From the IMG/VR virus record IMGVR_UViG_2639762987_000002: 64,000 nucleotides of DNA, one strand, 5' to 3'. Below the pieces are notes generated by a model, which was not told where the DNA came from, did not search any database, and saw only the letters and a program-made list of their open reading frames with translations. Positions 38,414 to 48,293 of the stretch are shown here, piece by piece. How positions within the stretch are numbered: position 1 is the stretch's first letter; every line of letters starts with the position of its first letter. A program made the translations under genes and the position numbers. Source of the stretch: a virus (Duplodnaviria > Heunggongvirae > Uroviricota > Caudoviricetes).

Positions 38414-39487
38414 ATGGCAAAAGGAAAATCCGCACTGGCACTTGCTCTGAAAAAGAAAATCGGTAGCAACGACGAAATTCAGAAAGTAACTCATTGGATT
38501 GATACAGGCTTTCCACCGTTAAACAAAGCTATTTCTGGTCGTTACGATGGCGGCTTCCCATGTGGTCGTATCGTCGAAGTATTCGGTCCTCCAAGTGCAG
38601 GGAAAACGTTCCTTGCAACAGCAGCGATGATCTCCGCTCAAAAACAAGATGGTCTGGCGGTATTCCTCGATCATGAAAACAGTTTTGACGTTGGTCTGGC
38701 TGTAGCCAATGGCCTGAACGCAGATGAGGATGACGGTCAGTGGGTATACAAGCAGCCTGATACCTTCGAAGACTCTGTAGAGTTGATCGGCACAATTCTT
38801 AAATTGGTACGTGATGAAGAGCTTATTCCTGAATCAGCACCTATCTGTATCGTGGCTGACTCACTTGCGTCTATGGTTCCGAACTCCAAAGCCGAGAAGT
38901 TCGAAAAGATGGCTGAAGGCACTGCCAAAGACAAAGATCAGCTAAACATGAACGACAATACGGCACTGGCTCGTGCGACAAGTGCGAACTTCCCTACTCT
39001 GGCTTTGTGGGCACGCAAATACAACGCCTGCATCATCTTCTTGAATCAGGTTCGCACAAAAATCGGTGTAATGTTTGGCGACCCTACTACGTCGCCAGGT
39101 GGAGATTCACCGAAGTTCTACGCTTCTGTACGTATCCGTCTTGGTGCATCGGTGATGAAGGATGGTAAAGAGAAGATCGGCCAGGACGTAGGCGCAGAAT
39201 GCATCAAAAATAAAGTTGCACCACCGTATGGCAAATGCACCTGGAAATTCTACTTCGATCCTACTCGTGGCCTCGACGTTATCGAATCGCTCGTCGAGTA
39301 CATGCTGGAAGAAGGATACCTGCCAAAGAACGCCAGCGGGCGAGTTGAAATTGGTGACAAGAAATACACCAAATCGCAGATCGTCGAGATGTATCGGGAG
39401 AAGCCACTGGCTGAAATCATTGCGGCTTTGCAGGCAATCGACGACCGAAGAGCAAAAGACAACCCCACCGAGTCAGTAGAAGAGTAA
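38414..39487 (+). CDS. RecA-family recombinase
   Basis: 357 aa; Walker A VFGPPSAGKTFLA; RBS AAAGGAG. Confidence 0.65.
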   Translation: MAKGKSALALALKKKIGSNDEIQKVTHWIDTGFPPLNKAISGRYDGGFPCGRIVEVFGPPSAGKTFLATAAMISAQKQDGLAVFLDHENSFDVGLAVANGLNADEDDGQWVYKQPDTFEDSVELIGTILKLVRDEELIPESAPICIVADSLASMVPNSKAEKFEKMAEGTAKDKDQLNMNDNTALARATSANFPTLALWARKYNACIIFLNQVRTKIGVMFGDPTTSPGGDSPKFYASVRIRLGASVMKDGKEKIGQDVGAECIKNKVAPPYGKCTWKFYFDPTRGLDVIESLVEYMLEEGYLPKNASGRVEIGDKKYTKSQIVEMYREKPLAEIIAALQAIDDRRAKDNPTESVEE

Positions 39488-39493
39488 ACACAA

Positions 39494-39516
39494 GGCGTCC
39501 ACAGGACGCCTTTTTT
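39494..39516 (+). terminator. Rho-independent terminator
   Basis: GGCGTCC-ACA-GGACGCC followed by TTTTTT. Confidence 0.8.
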
Positions 39517-39521
39517 ATCTC

Positions 39522-39550
39522 TTGAAAATATATAAGTACTTACTTATTAT
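39522..39550 (+). promoter_or_regulatory. Sigma70-like promoter with palindrome ATAAGTACTTACTTAT in the spacer
   Basis: TTGAAA (39522-39527), 17-nt spacer, TATTAT (39545-39550); spacer carries the dispersed palindrome family. Confidence 0.5.
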
Positions 39551-39579
39551 TTTCGCATAACAACCACATAGGAAAACAC

Positions 39580-39780
39580 ATGATCAAAATCTATCTATTG
39601 GCAGTAGCCACAGGCCTTTCAGTGGCTCTCATCTACGGTTTACTGGTTCCGTCGCTGATTTCTACCAAGAGTGATTTAGCCGTCATGTTTGGAGTTATCG
39701 TTGGTTTTGGTGCTCCTGTAATCGGTCTTATTGCTGGTCGTAAGTTTATCAACTCATTAATCAAAGCAAAGGGGAAATAA
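39580..39780 (+). CDS. Small membrane protein
   Basis: 66 aa; two hydrophobic helices; immediately upstream of SPFH lipoprotein gene. Confidence 0.5.
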   Translation: MIKIYLLAVATGLSVALIYGLLVPSLISTKSDLAVMFGVIVGFGAPVIGLIAGRKFINSLIKAKGK

Positions 39781-39783
39781 GTA

Positions 39784-40614
39784 ATGAAGAAAGGTTTACT
39801 TGCAGTTGCTCTGGCGGCTATTTGCACAATGGGTCTTACTGGCTGTGATCGCGTGGAGCCTGGATACGTTGGCATCAAAGTAAACAAATTAGGTGAAGAC
39901 AAAGGGATCGGTGAAGTGGTTGGCGTTGGTCGCCAATGGACAGGTCTTAACACCGAACTTTACGTATTCCCGACCTTCAAACAAATGAAGACCTACGACG
40001 AACCGTTCACATTCCAGATGAGTGACGGTACTGCTATTGGTCACAAAATTGGCGTTGCGTATCTGGTTAATCGTGACAAGGTAACGACGGTGTTCCAGAC
40101 CTATCGCAAAGGCGTAGACGATATCACCGAATCAGATCTGCGTCAGAAAATTGCCGACTCTCTAAACCGTTTGGCCAGCCGTATGACCACTGACTCATTT
40201 ATCGACGGTGGTAAGGCGCAATTGCTGGACAACGCACTGAAAGACATTCAGAAAGAGATGTCTCCGGTTGGTATTGAGGTACTGAGCCTGTCATGGGTTG
40301 GAAAGCCTGATTACCCAAAAACCGTCATTGAATCTATCAACGCCAAAGTAACGGCTAACCAGCGTACTCTGCAACGTCAGCAGGAAGTTGAACAGCGTAA
40401 AGCTGAGGCGAATATGCTACGTGAACAGGCTAATGGTGAAGCTGATGCTATCCGTGCTCGTGCGCAAGCAGAAGCCGACGCCATTCGTCTGCGCGGTGAA
40501 GCTCTGCGTCAAAACCCGAACGTTATGGAGCTGGAAGCCATCAATAAATGGAATGGCCAGTTACCGCAGTACATGACTCAAGGGGCTAACACTCCTTTCA
40601 TTACAGTGAAATAA
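39784..40614 (+). CDS. SPFH/band-7 domain lipoprotein
   Basis: 276 aa; lipoprotein signal MKKGLLAVALAAICTMGLTGC; C-terminal EAEANMLREQANGEADAIRARAQAEAD coiled coil typical of HflK/C-like proteins. Confidence 0.55.
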   Translation: MKKGLLAVALAAICTMGLTGCDRVEPGYVGIKVNKLGEDKGIGEVVGVGRQWTGLNTELYVFPTFKQMKTYDEPFTFQMSDGTAIGHKIGVAYLVNRDKVTTVFQTYRKGVDDITESDLRQKIADSLNRLASRMTTDSFIDGGKAQLLDNALKDIQKEMSPVGIEVLSLSWVGKPDYPKTVIESINAKVTANQRTLQRQQEVEQRKAEANMLREQANGEADAIRARAQAEADAIRLRGEALRQNPNVMELEAINKWNGQLPQYMTQGANTPFITVK

Positions 40615-40632
40615 CTCTCATTAAGAAGATCA

Positions 40633-40656
40633 GGCGTCCAGTTGGACGCCGTTTTA
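40633..40656 (+). terminator. Rho-independent terminator
   Basis: GGCGTCC-agtt-GGACGCC followed by GTTTTATT. Confidence 0.7.
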
Positions 40657-40680
40657 TTCTCGTTATTATCACACACAAGA

Positions 40681-40693
40681 AAACAATTTGTTA
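40681..40693. promoter_or_regulatory. Palindrome AAACAAtTTGTTa upstream of gene 40710
   Basis: Member of the AAACAA-N-TTGTTT family. Confidence 0.4.
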
Positions 40694-40709
40694 AAAGGTT
40701 AAGTTAATT

Positions 40710-41534
40710 ATGCCCAACCACATTACAAACGAAATCCGAGTCATAGGTGGTACAAATAAACAACGCTTAGATTTCATACGTGCCATAACTAACAAAAAAG
40801 GTCTAATTGACTTTAATACCATTTGCAGACGTCCGAAAAGTATAGAAATGGAAGAAAACAATCATATCAGGCGCATGGCCTCTGCAATGGCGGGCGAAAC
40901 AGTTTACGACCACATGTTCGGTGAATTAAAGACTCCAGAACAGGTCGAATTAGCTATGCGTGAATCAGGAATGACACGCAAGGAAATTCGCAAAATCAAA
41001 GAGCAGGCTCTTATGCGGCTTGAGAATTATCGTCGCTATGGCTATTACTCATGGTTTGACTGGTCGCGAGCTAATTGGGGAACAAAATGGAATGCCTACA
41101 ACATCGAAATGCCCGTAAAACGTATCCCTACACGTATTAAGTACGGCCATAATTTCCGCCATACACACGTTCGAGCATATGCAAAAAGAATCTATAAAAA
41201 ACGTCTTGCAAGACATGCCGCAACTGGTGGTGAGTTGGTGATTCGCTTTGAAACAGCCTGGTCTATGCCAAAACCAATTTATCAAGCGATGGCTAGAAAG
41301 TTCCCGCACCTTGAGTTTGTAATACGTTATGCAGACGAAGACTTCGGCAATAACTGCGGATTCATTTTACTTCGCAACGGCAAATGGGAATATGACTACA
41401 TTGCACCGGCGAATAACAAACAATCGTCAGAAGAAAAAATCAAATGGCGCAAGTTCGCCTTTGAGTTATGTTGTCCTGGTATCACTCCACAAGAATACGG
41501 TCTAAATGAAGAATACGAATACGCCGGATATTAA
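40710..41534 (+). CDS. Hypothetical protein
   Basis: 274 aa; Trp-rich motif YSWFDWSRANWGTKWNAYNIE; basic. Confidence 0.5.
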   Translation: MPNHITNEIRVIGGTNKQRLDFIRAITNKKGLIDFNTICRRPKSIEMEENNHIRRMASAMAGETVYDHMFGELKTPEQVELAMRESGMTRKEIRKIKEQALMRLENYRRYGYYSWFDWSRANWGTKWNAYNIEMPVKRIPTRIKYGHNFRHTHVRAYAKRIYKKRLARHAATGGELVIRFETAWSMPKPIYQAMARKFPHLEFVIRYADEDFGNNCGFILLRNGKWEYDYIAPANNKQSSEEKIKWRKFAFELCCPGITPQEYGLNEEYEYAGY

Positions 41535-41581
41535 AAAAAATTGTCATTTAGCTTTACGCATGAAGCATAGAGGTTAATAAG

Positions 41582-42322
41582 ATGAAAAGAAAAATTGAAG
41601 AACCAAAAACGACCCTTAATAAACATGGGGAAAAAATTCAAACACATCCAGCGTTCGGTCTTGTGAAAACAAGCCGTGTTAGCACAACTGGCATTCGCCT
41701 ATTTGATTCAGAACTGGAACATAGAGACTATATTGAAATAGGCGTTTACGAGGCGGAACTGTCCTTAGACAATGAACGAACCCGCCCACAAAGAAGTTGC
41801 AATAGACGGCCTTTAGTTGAAATTAGACTTAGCCAGGCACAATGGGCTGCTATGGTTAGCAGTTTTGGAGTGGGCGAAGGTGTGCCATGCACTATTTCAT
41901 ATAAAACCATTGGAGACTCAATTAGAGTTCATGATATTGCCGAGCAAAAAAGTATTCGGCAAAAATTCAACGATCAAATAAAGGCCGCTACGAATAGTGA
42001 GATTGATCGACTTAATCAGCAAGTTTCAGAGCTAGGTGAACTTGTGAAAAAAGGAAGAGCTGGAAAACGTGACCTTGAAGAACTATATAGAAAACTAGCA
42101 TCTGCTGTAGCTAACCTTCCTGAAAATCTGTGCTTTGCTACCGAATTAATGCAGGAACAAATGGATGAAATTGTCTCATCTGGAAAGGCGGAGATTGAGG
42201 CGTATGTTGCGGGCACGGTTATGCGTAAAGGGTTAGCAGCATTAGGCACAGAATCATGCATTAACGATGATCCTACTGTCTCTATCACCAAAATGGAAAG
42301 CGGTAAAGAATTACTGCCATAA
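41582..42322 (+). CDS. Hypothetical protein (coiled-coil)
   Basis: 246 aa; RBS GAGG. Confidence 0.5.
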   Translation: MKRKIEEPKTTLNKHGEKIQTHPAFGLVKTSRVSTTGIRLFDSELEHRDYIEIGVYEAELSLDNERTRPQRSCNRRPLVEIRLSQAQWAAMVSSFGVGEGVPCTISYKTIGDSIRVHDIAEQKSIRQKFNDQIKAATNSEIDRLNQQVSELGELVKKGRAGKRDLEELYRKLASAVANLPENLCFATELMQEQMDEIVSSGKAEIEAYVAGTVMRKGLAALGTESCINDDPTVSITKMESGKELLP

Positions 42323-42342
42323 ATGCATCTGAGGTACTGACA

Positions 42343-42732
42343 ATGCTTTTAATTCAACCTGGGTTCGGTTTAAAGATAAAAAAAGGGCATATGTTTGGTG
42401 AGCGAGATTCCAAACGAAAAATTCTGTCTATTCGATTACCATTTATCACCATTCATTGGTTAAACAGAGAGTCAACCGATTATTGGTATAAATGCGCAAG
42501 AGCAGCATTTAACGACCCTGACTGGTTTGTAGAAAATCACCACGCGGTTCGTCAGGCAAAAAGAAAGGCTAATACGACATATATGAAGGCATATCAGGAT
42601 GCCTGGGAAGAACATCGTGGCCGATACCAAAAAAACATTGAAAAACTTGAATCAGAAAATATGGACCTAAGAAGAAAACTCGGTGAAGCACGTCGAGACA
42701 TCGAAGCATATAAACGTCTTGTATCGGAGTGA
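42343..42732 (+). CDS. Hypothetical protein
   Basis: 129 aa; basic, C-terminal coiled coil. Confidence 0.45.
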   Translation: MLLIQPGFGLKIKKGHMFGERDSKRKILSIRLPFITIHWLNRESTDYWYKCARAAFNDPDWFVENHHAVRQAKRKANTTYMKAYQDAWEEHRGRYQKNIEKLESENMDLRRKLGEARRDIEAYKRLVSE

Positions 42733-42793
42733 ATATATCTTTGCTTTATTTTTTCAAAGGTGATTATTTTCCTATTTATAAGGAGAAGTAAAC

Positions 42794-43219
42794 ATGGCAG
42801 CAATTAAGAAACTCTACGATGCCGCAAACGCGGCTCTGGATGTTATTGATGATGAAGTATCAAAAGGCTTTCCTGAACCTGATTGGGCGCATCAGCTACG
42901 AAACGCTATCGCCGAAATGAATCCACCAGATCCGACCACCGACGAGACAGACTGGCAGCGATTTATCCGTATGTACGCTCAGGAAATAGGTCCAACGCCA
43001 ACGGCAGAGCAAGCAATGCTGCTGAAATACTTCAAAGAGGCGGGAGAGGATTTACCAATTGATGACTCAGCATATTGGTTCCACTGCGCATGGCGTAAGT
43101 ATGACGTGATATTCACACAAGGCATGGGGAGCAAAGATATGGTTGTGTGGCATCTACTCCATATAGACACAGCCGTTGACAGAGTTATTGAACAGTTTTT
43201 CCCTAAACAAGAAGATTGA
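42794..43219 (+). CDS. Hypothetical protein
   Basis: 141 aa; RBS AAGGAG. Confidence 0.5.
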   Translation: MAAIKKLYDAANAALDVIDDEVSKGFPEPDWAHQLRNAIAEMNPPDPTTDETDWQRFIRMYAQEIGPTPTAEQAMLLKYFKEAGEDLPIDDSAYWFHCAWRKYDVIFTQGMGSKDMVVWHLLHIDTAVDRVIEQFFPKQED

Positions 43220-43274
43220 TCGCCTATTCATAACTAACAAAATAAGTAAACACTAACCACAAAAGGAAAAACAC

Positions 43275-43550
43275 ATGAGAGTTTTAGTTCGAATCGTTAC
43301 CAGCACTGTCTATGACGTGTTTCCGCTTTTTATGGTCAAAGCCGATGGCCTTAACGACGAAGAAACTGACGCACTGATCCAGCGTATTCTCGTTGAATAT
43401 ACAGGTCATGACGCTGATTCAGTGATGGTTGATGATGATGGTGTTTGTTGGCATAACGGCAACTGTTGGTACGTAGAAGAGACTCAACAAATCAGTGATG
43501 AAGATGCCGCACATCTTGAGCGTATTTTAAGCATCAGCACTTTTGAGTGA
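43275..43550 (+). CDS. Hypothetical acidic small protein
   Basis: 91 aa; start context AAAAGGAAAAACACATG. Confidence 0.5.
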   Translation: MRVLVRIVTSTVYDVFPLFMVKADGLNDEETDALIQRILVEYTGHDADSVMVDDDGVCWHNGNCWYVEETQQISDEDAAHLERILSISTFE

Positions 43551-43765
43551 GTTTACAGTAAAGTTTATATAAGTTAGTATCTACCTATCATGAAGATTTT
43601 TATTGAATACTTGTTACTCATCGTTTCAATAGCTTTTGTCATCGACTGCATTTTCACTGGTGTCATTCGTAAAGTCTTTTCCCCGGTGCACGACGTAGTC
43701 ATAAACGCTTTGGCTATCGTGCTCGTATTTAATTCAGCATTTGATGTAATCAAAGAGGTGGCAGC

Positions 43766-44101
43766 ATGAAGACCATCCCATTCGCGCTGTTGTTTCTTTC
43801 TTCGATCGTTGTGGCTGACACCACTGTTTATCAGTGTGAAATGTCTGTAGCCGACGTTAAGAATGGCGCTCTTACCGACGTCATAAAAGCACCATATGGA
43901 GCGATGGTCGTAGACAGCGGCGACCAGTTCTATGTTGTGCGTGACGATCGAGTGTTGTCATCCCCATATCTCACAAATCGTAATGGCAAATTAACCGGCG
44001 TCGGAGAAGACCACTTCGTATACAACAAATACAAGGGCTTCTATGGCGTTCACGCTTCTCAGCAAAGCTACCTTTTCGATGACTGCAAGGAGGTTGGGTA
44101 A
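43766..44101 (+). CDS. Secreted small protein (signal peptide)
   Basis: 111 aa; N-terminal MKTIPFALLFLSSIVVA signal; RBS AGAGGTGG. Confidence 0.5.
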   Translation: MKTIPFALLFLSSIVVADTTVYQCEMSVADVKNGALTDVIKAPYGAMVVDSGDQFYVVRDDRVLSSPYLTNRNGKLTGVGEDHFVYNKYKGFYGVHASQQSYLFDDCKEVG

Positions 44102-44313
44102 TGGCATTAACACTGGCAGGTCTGGAAATCGAGAAAACAAGCGGCTACTGGCGTGCTAAGGGTTTCAAGCAGCCTGGCATTCTTGAGCGTCTGGAACGTG
44201 AAGATGGGTATATCGTCCACCAGCGGCGTGAATGGCGTATGTACGATCCAGAAACAGGAAAACTGACTACAAAAGCCGGAACACTTTGGGGTCTGTTGAA
44301 GAAAATACACTAA
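44101..44313 (+). CDS. Hypothetical small protein
   Basis: 70 aa; start overlaps upstream stop (TAATG). Confidence 0.45.
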   Translation: MALTLAGLEIEKTSGYWRAKGFKQPGILERLEREDGYIVHQRREWRMYDPETGKLTTKAGTLWGLLKKIH

Positions 44314-44360
44314 ATGCAAACTGACTGCGGCTCGTTCCGCAGTCATATTTCATAGTCGTC

Positions 44361-44893
44361 ACCGCTGACAGCATACACAATCAACTACCGCTGATAGCAT
44401 ATCGAGAGTCTATCTCACCGCTCACAGCATACTTTACTCGATTTTTTACCGCTGACAGCATACTTAAGAAATTGCATGAATAATGTGTCCCGGTATGGGT
44501 ATAACCAGAACAAAATTACCGCTGGCAGCATACGAATGTCTGACATATACCATTAATTACCGCTGATAGCATATCCAAACAAAAATTCCTCAATAAAACA
44601 CCGCTGACAGCATACGTTCTATCAGGGAGTAGCAGGCAATAAATGCCTTTCACTACAAGCAATCAGCGCAATAGCAATAGAATGTTAGTGAGCGCAAACC
44701 TATATGGAATGCACTCTTCGAGGTTAGTAACCACTGGGGAGGTATGACAGAGCATTGAGTGGTGATAGATGATTTACCGCTCACAGCATACGTTCATCTC
44801 ACTATACCGCTGGTAGCATATCTTTAACCGTTCACAGCATACTTTTCAGAAAAATAGCCGCTGATAGCATACATTTCACCGCTGACAGCATAT
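44361..44893 (+). repeat. Iteron array downstream of rep gene (12 direct repeats, consensus ACCGCTGACAGCATAC)
   Basis: Copies begin at 44361, 44387, 44417, 44448, 44518, 44559, 44600, 44776, 44806, 44827, 44857, 44878; all same orientation, irregular spacing 21-70 bp. Confidence 0.85.
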
Positions 44894-45987
44894 CAAAGCA
44901 GTTTGAGACTATTGGAAAGGATCTCAATCATCTTGATATTTTCAGGCGTCAAATTCTGCGAAAGTTCGGTTATCTTGTTGATAATGTTCTGTTTGGCATC
45001 AATTTCCCCAGCTTTCTCATCTGGTTTTTTGGGTTCGATGTCTTCAGGTTTTGGCGGTGCGACTTTGAGTTTTGGATTGCGGCTGTGAATCTGGATATAG
45101 ATCGACCGCCCACGCTTAATCTCGCTGTATTCGAGATAGCCCAAATCTTGGAGAGCTTTTAAGCCGTTACGTATAGTCTGATTCTGCGAGCTGACATTCC
45201 TGCTACTCAAATTGAGTCGCGCACGCAATCGAGCAAGCGATACCGGCGCAGGCTTGGTTGGAAGACTTTCGATGAAGGTGTACAGAGCCTGTGCTGTTTC
45301 TTTGCGTGGTAGCTTATTGATAACCTTTAACTGCAAAAGAACCTTATGGTCAAAGCGATATAGCTCGGCCAGCTTCGGTTCTGCATAGAACACCACCGTA
45401 TCTTTCTGCTCGTTGTAGTCCACGCTATTGATGAGGTGCACCATCAGAAGCGAGATCTTGTTAGAGCCGTCGACGTTCTTTTCTTCATACGTTCTCTGGA
45501 AAGACAGAGTTGTACGCATGATCTTCAAAAGACTGTTTGTAAGCCGGTCGCGGAGTGTTTTGCGGATCTGTGACGATGGATAGCCACAAAACTTAGCAAA
45601 TTTCGTGATGCTTAACTCGACACGACCGTTAGGTTCGCCGTATTCTGCCAGCGAACGCACAACGCCCACCCACGTTTTGAAATCATGATCCATGTCGAGA
45701 CGAGGACCGGTTATCTTGATATCGGAATAGCCTTCAGAACGGGCTACTTCGAGCTGGACAAGCTCCTTTGAAGCATCGATCTCATTTGGCTTGTTACGTT
45801 TACTGTATTTTGTTCCCTTAAGCGTGGGGACGAACAACCCCAGTCGCATCAACGCAATTGGTTGGACTGTATTGTTGCTATTAGGGACAAGTTCCCCTGT
45901 GTACAATTCAAGGGAACCTTCTTCAAAGTTGTCGATGTTATCTTCTACTTCTTTGTTATTTTTACCTTTTTTATTTTTTGTGGACAT
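44893..45987 (-). CDS. repA: Iteron-binding plasmid-type replication initiator (RepA-like)
   Basis: Minus strand, 364 aa from ATG at 45987 with RBS AAAGG (ORF track extends to 46107 across iterons); flanked on both sides by iterons. Confidence 0.6.
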   Translation of the reverse strand: MSTKNKKGKNNKEVEDNIDNFEEGSLELYTGELVPNSNNTVQPIALMRLGLFVPTLKGTKYSKRNKPNEIDASKELVQLEVARSEGYSDIKITGPRLDMDHDFKTWVGVVRSLAEYGEPNGRVELSITKFAKFCGYPSSQIRKTLRDRLTNSLLKIMRTTLSFQRTYEEKNVDGSNKISLLMVHLINSVDYNEQKDTVVFYAEPKLAELYRFDHKVLLQLKVINKLPRKETAQALYTFIESLPTKPAPVSLARLRARLNLSSRNVSSQNQTIRNGLKALQDLGYLEYSEIKRGRSIYIQIHSRNPKLKVAPPKPEDIEPKKPDEKAGEIDAKQNIINKITELSQNLTPENIKMIEILSNSLKLL

Positions 45988-46007
45988 GTGGACACCTTTG
46001 TCATTCA

Positions 46008-46109
46008 ACCGCTGACAGCATACTTGATTTGCCGCTGACAGAATACCAAAAACAGTTGGCAGCATACGGTGAACCGCTGACAGACTATCAATTACCGCTG
46101 ACAGCATAC
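46008..46109 (+). repeat. Origin-proximal iterons upstream of rep gene (5 copies, about 21-bp periodicity)
   Basis: Copies at 46008, 46031, 46052 (degenerate), 46073, 46094. Confidence 0.8.
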
Positions 46110-46149
46110 ATGAACATGACTTCAGACCAGGCGTGGCGCGGCTTACAGC

Positions 46150-46222
46150 GATCGGGGATCTTATTTGATCTATATAAGGATCTGTCTATGGATCTCTTTA
46201 TTAGGATCTATCCTGTGGATAT
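46150..46222. promoter_or_regulatory. Origin-like region: six clustered GATC sites and a DnaA-box-like TGTGGATAT
   Basis: GATC at 46150, 46157, 46168, 46180, 46191, 46205, four inside (A/T)GGATCT heptamers; TGTGGATAT at 46214-46222 is 8/9 to the DnaA box. Confidence 0.6.
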
Positions 46223-46308
46223 GTGAATAATTAAAACAGGCATTTACTACCTTCGGCGCACCTGGTGGGTTATCGTTGCCTCGGCTAACAATCACAGAAA
46301 AATGACAT

Positions 46309-46953
46309 ATGGATCTAAAACGCACGCGCTGGGTTCGTCGTCTTGAAGACGGCTCCTACACTATCGAATCAAATTCCAACCTGAATAAGCAGAAGTTGCT
46401 TTGTGACATCTGCGGTATAGCGGCGAAGTGCCCGATCTACGAAACCAGAATTAAACTTGATAAGGCTGGTGTGAATTTTCATTTAAACAGTTGCATCAGG
46501 TACGTTCCATTACTCGCATTTCGTAAACCGATCATCGGATTGGATGCTCCCTACTTCAACACACTCCGTTCAGGTGTGACGTGGCGAGATCGTTTATCAC
46601 CAGACAAGCTGATTTGCCTCGTATCCGCAGACACAGGGAAAATCATCCGTTTTGGGAAAGTAGACAAGGTTTACTCAGGCCCAGTAGACGAAATGTTGCG
46701 GAAACACAGCCGGTTTAATCATCTCTGTATGGGTGGTGAGAAAATCGAGAAGGTAGAAGAAGTGATCCGCAAATCCTACGGACACTTTCTGACCAAAGAT
46801 AGCCTGCTCACCGCAATCTACATCAAACATGTAAAACGTGAGTTCGACCTCGAATACCACAGCGAAGAAGAGCTTAACCTTGTTGACCCACGTCCAAAAG
46901 CTGGCGTCATAAGCATAAACGCAGCGCGTAAAAAGCCCACTGACGCGCTGTAA
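46309..46953 (+). CDS. Hypothetical protein
   Basis: 214 aa; several Cys; no motif recognised. Confidence 0.5.
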   Translation: MDLKRTRWVRRLEDGSYTIESNSNLNKQKLLCDICGIAAKCPIYETRIKLDKAGVNFHLNSCIRYVPLLAFRKPIIGLDAPYFNTLRSGVTWRDRLSPDKLICLVSADTGKIIRFGKVDKVYSGPVDEMLRKHSRFNHLCMGGEKIEKVEEVIRKSYGHFLTKDSLLTAIYIKHVKREFDLEYHSEEELNLVDPRPKAGVISINAARKKPTDAL

Positions 46954-47207
46954 CCCTCCAGATCGTATATTGGCGTAGATAGAATCTACGCCTCCTCAAA
47001 ATAGCTCTCATAGCGTTCTACAGTGATTCTGTCTTATTTTTAGTCATATAGACAAGCAAACTTGCGCCACAATAAATAGGTATATACTTACTTATAAATT
47101 TTGTATATTAAGGCGCTCGTTTCATTCCTAACATACCGTTATGCATAGTTGTTTACCTCATCATTGCTCTTAGAATTTGTATCAAAATAACCACAAAGGA
47201 AAAATAC

Positions 47208-48293
47208 ATGACTTTGCCATACGGCGTCATTTCTGACTGCCACTACCACAAATGGGATGCGTTCTCCACGACGAACGCTGAGGGGCTTAACTCCAGACTT
47301 GAAATACAGTTGGAAGCAACGAAAGAAGCAGCCATCGCCATGAAGAAGGCCGGTTGTAAGTACATGTTGGTTGCCGGTGATACATTTCACGTCCGAGGAA
47401 CTGTGTCCCCTTCTGTTTTGCATTACGTAACTGAAACGTACAAGTGGATTATCAACGAGCTTGATCTGATAGTAGTAATGCTGGCCGGTAATCACGATCT
47501 TGAAACCAACGATTCAGTATATAGCGCCAACGCAGCAGCATCGCTGAGTTCTATCGGCGTGGTAATCGTATGTGGCAAGCGCCCACACTCAATAAAAATT
47601 GGTGATGTGACTGTCCACCTGATTAGCTGGCGTAACAATCATGCGGAGCTTATCAGCGATCTGAAAGCATTACGTAAGAGCGTAGAAGGTGATAATCATG
47701 ACGTTGTTATCCATACATCCATTAACAAAGCCATTCCAACAATGCCTGACGTCGGTATCGATGCGCAGGAGTTAAAGGATATCGGCTTTCGTCTCGTGCT
47801 TAGTGGGCATTACCACAACCACAAAGAGGTCATTCCTGGAGTTATCAGTGTCGGTGCGCTGACCCATCAAAATTGGGGAGATGTTGGATCTCTGGCTGGT
47901 TACATGATCGTAAACCCGGACGGCAGTTTCAGTCACTACGAAACCAGTGCGCCTAAATTCATTAACCTGGAAGATTATGTTGCCGATGACCAAATTCGCG
48001 GCAACTACGTGCGTTTCCGCGCCGTAATCGAGAACGATGAAGAAGGCATTAAGTACCAGAACATCCTTAAAACAATGGGTGCAAAAGGTGTTGTGTGCAA
48101 CTTCATCCGTAAGTCATCAATGATGGAAGGGACTGCAAGCACAACGGAAACCAGCAAAATCGATAGCCTGGGAGAGTCGGTATCTGCTTATTGCAAGATT
48201 GTCCACGATACTGACGGCGGATTTGATCTGAGCAAGTTGGATATTTTGTGTCAGGAAATCCTCACCGAAGCGGAGAGTTCGGAGGCTGTGTGA
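47208..48293 (+). CDS. sbcD: SbcD/Mre11-family nuclease
   Basis: 361 aa; phosphoesterase motifs LVAGDTFH, LAGNHD, SGHYHNH; start context AAAGGAAAAATACATG. Confidence 0.75.
   Translation: MTLPYGVISDCHYHKWDAFSTTNAEGLNSRLEIQLEATKEAAIAMKKAGCKYMLVAGDTFHVRGTVSPSVLHYVTETYKWIINELDLIVVMLAGNHDLETNDSVYSANAAASLSSIGVVIVCGKRPHSIKIGDVTVHLISWRNNHAELISDLKALRKSVEGDNHDVVIHTSINKAIPTMPDVGIDAQELKDIGFRLVLSGHYHNHKEVIPGVISVGALTHQNWGDVGSLAGYMIVNPDGSFSHYETSAPKFINLEDYVADDQIRGNYVRFRAVIENDEEGIKYQNILKTMGAKGVVCNFIRKSSMMEGTASTTETSKIDSLGESVSAYCKIVHDTDGGFDLSKLDILCQEILTEAESSEAV

Noticed and set aside
44361-44893. Possible CRISPR array (regularly recurring short repeat)
   Set aside because: Repeats are 16 bp with irregular 21-70 bp spacing, flank a Rep initiator gene on both sides and adjoin GATC/DnaA-box features; this is an iteron array
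45988-46107. N-terminal 40 codons of the Rep ORF
   Set aside because: This stretch is built from the origin iterons; ATG at 45987 with RBS AAAGG is the more likely start
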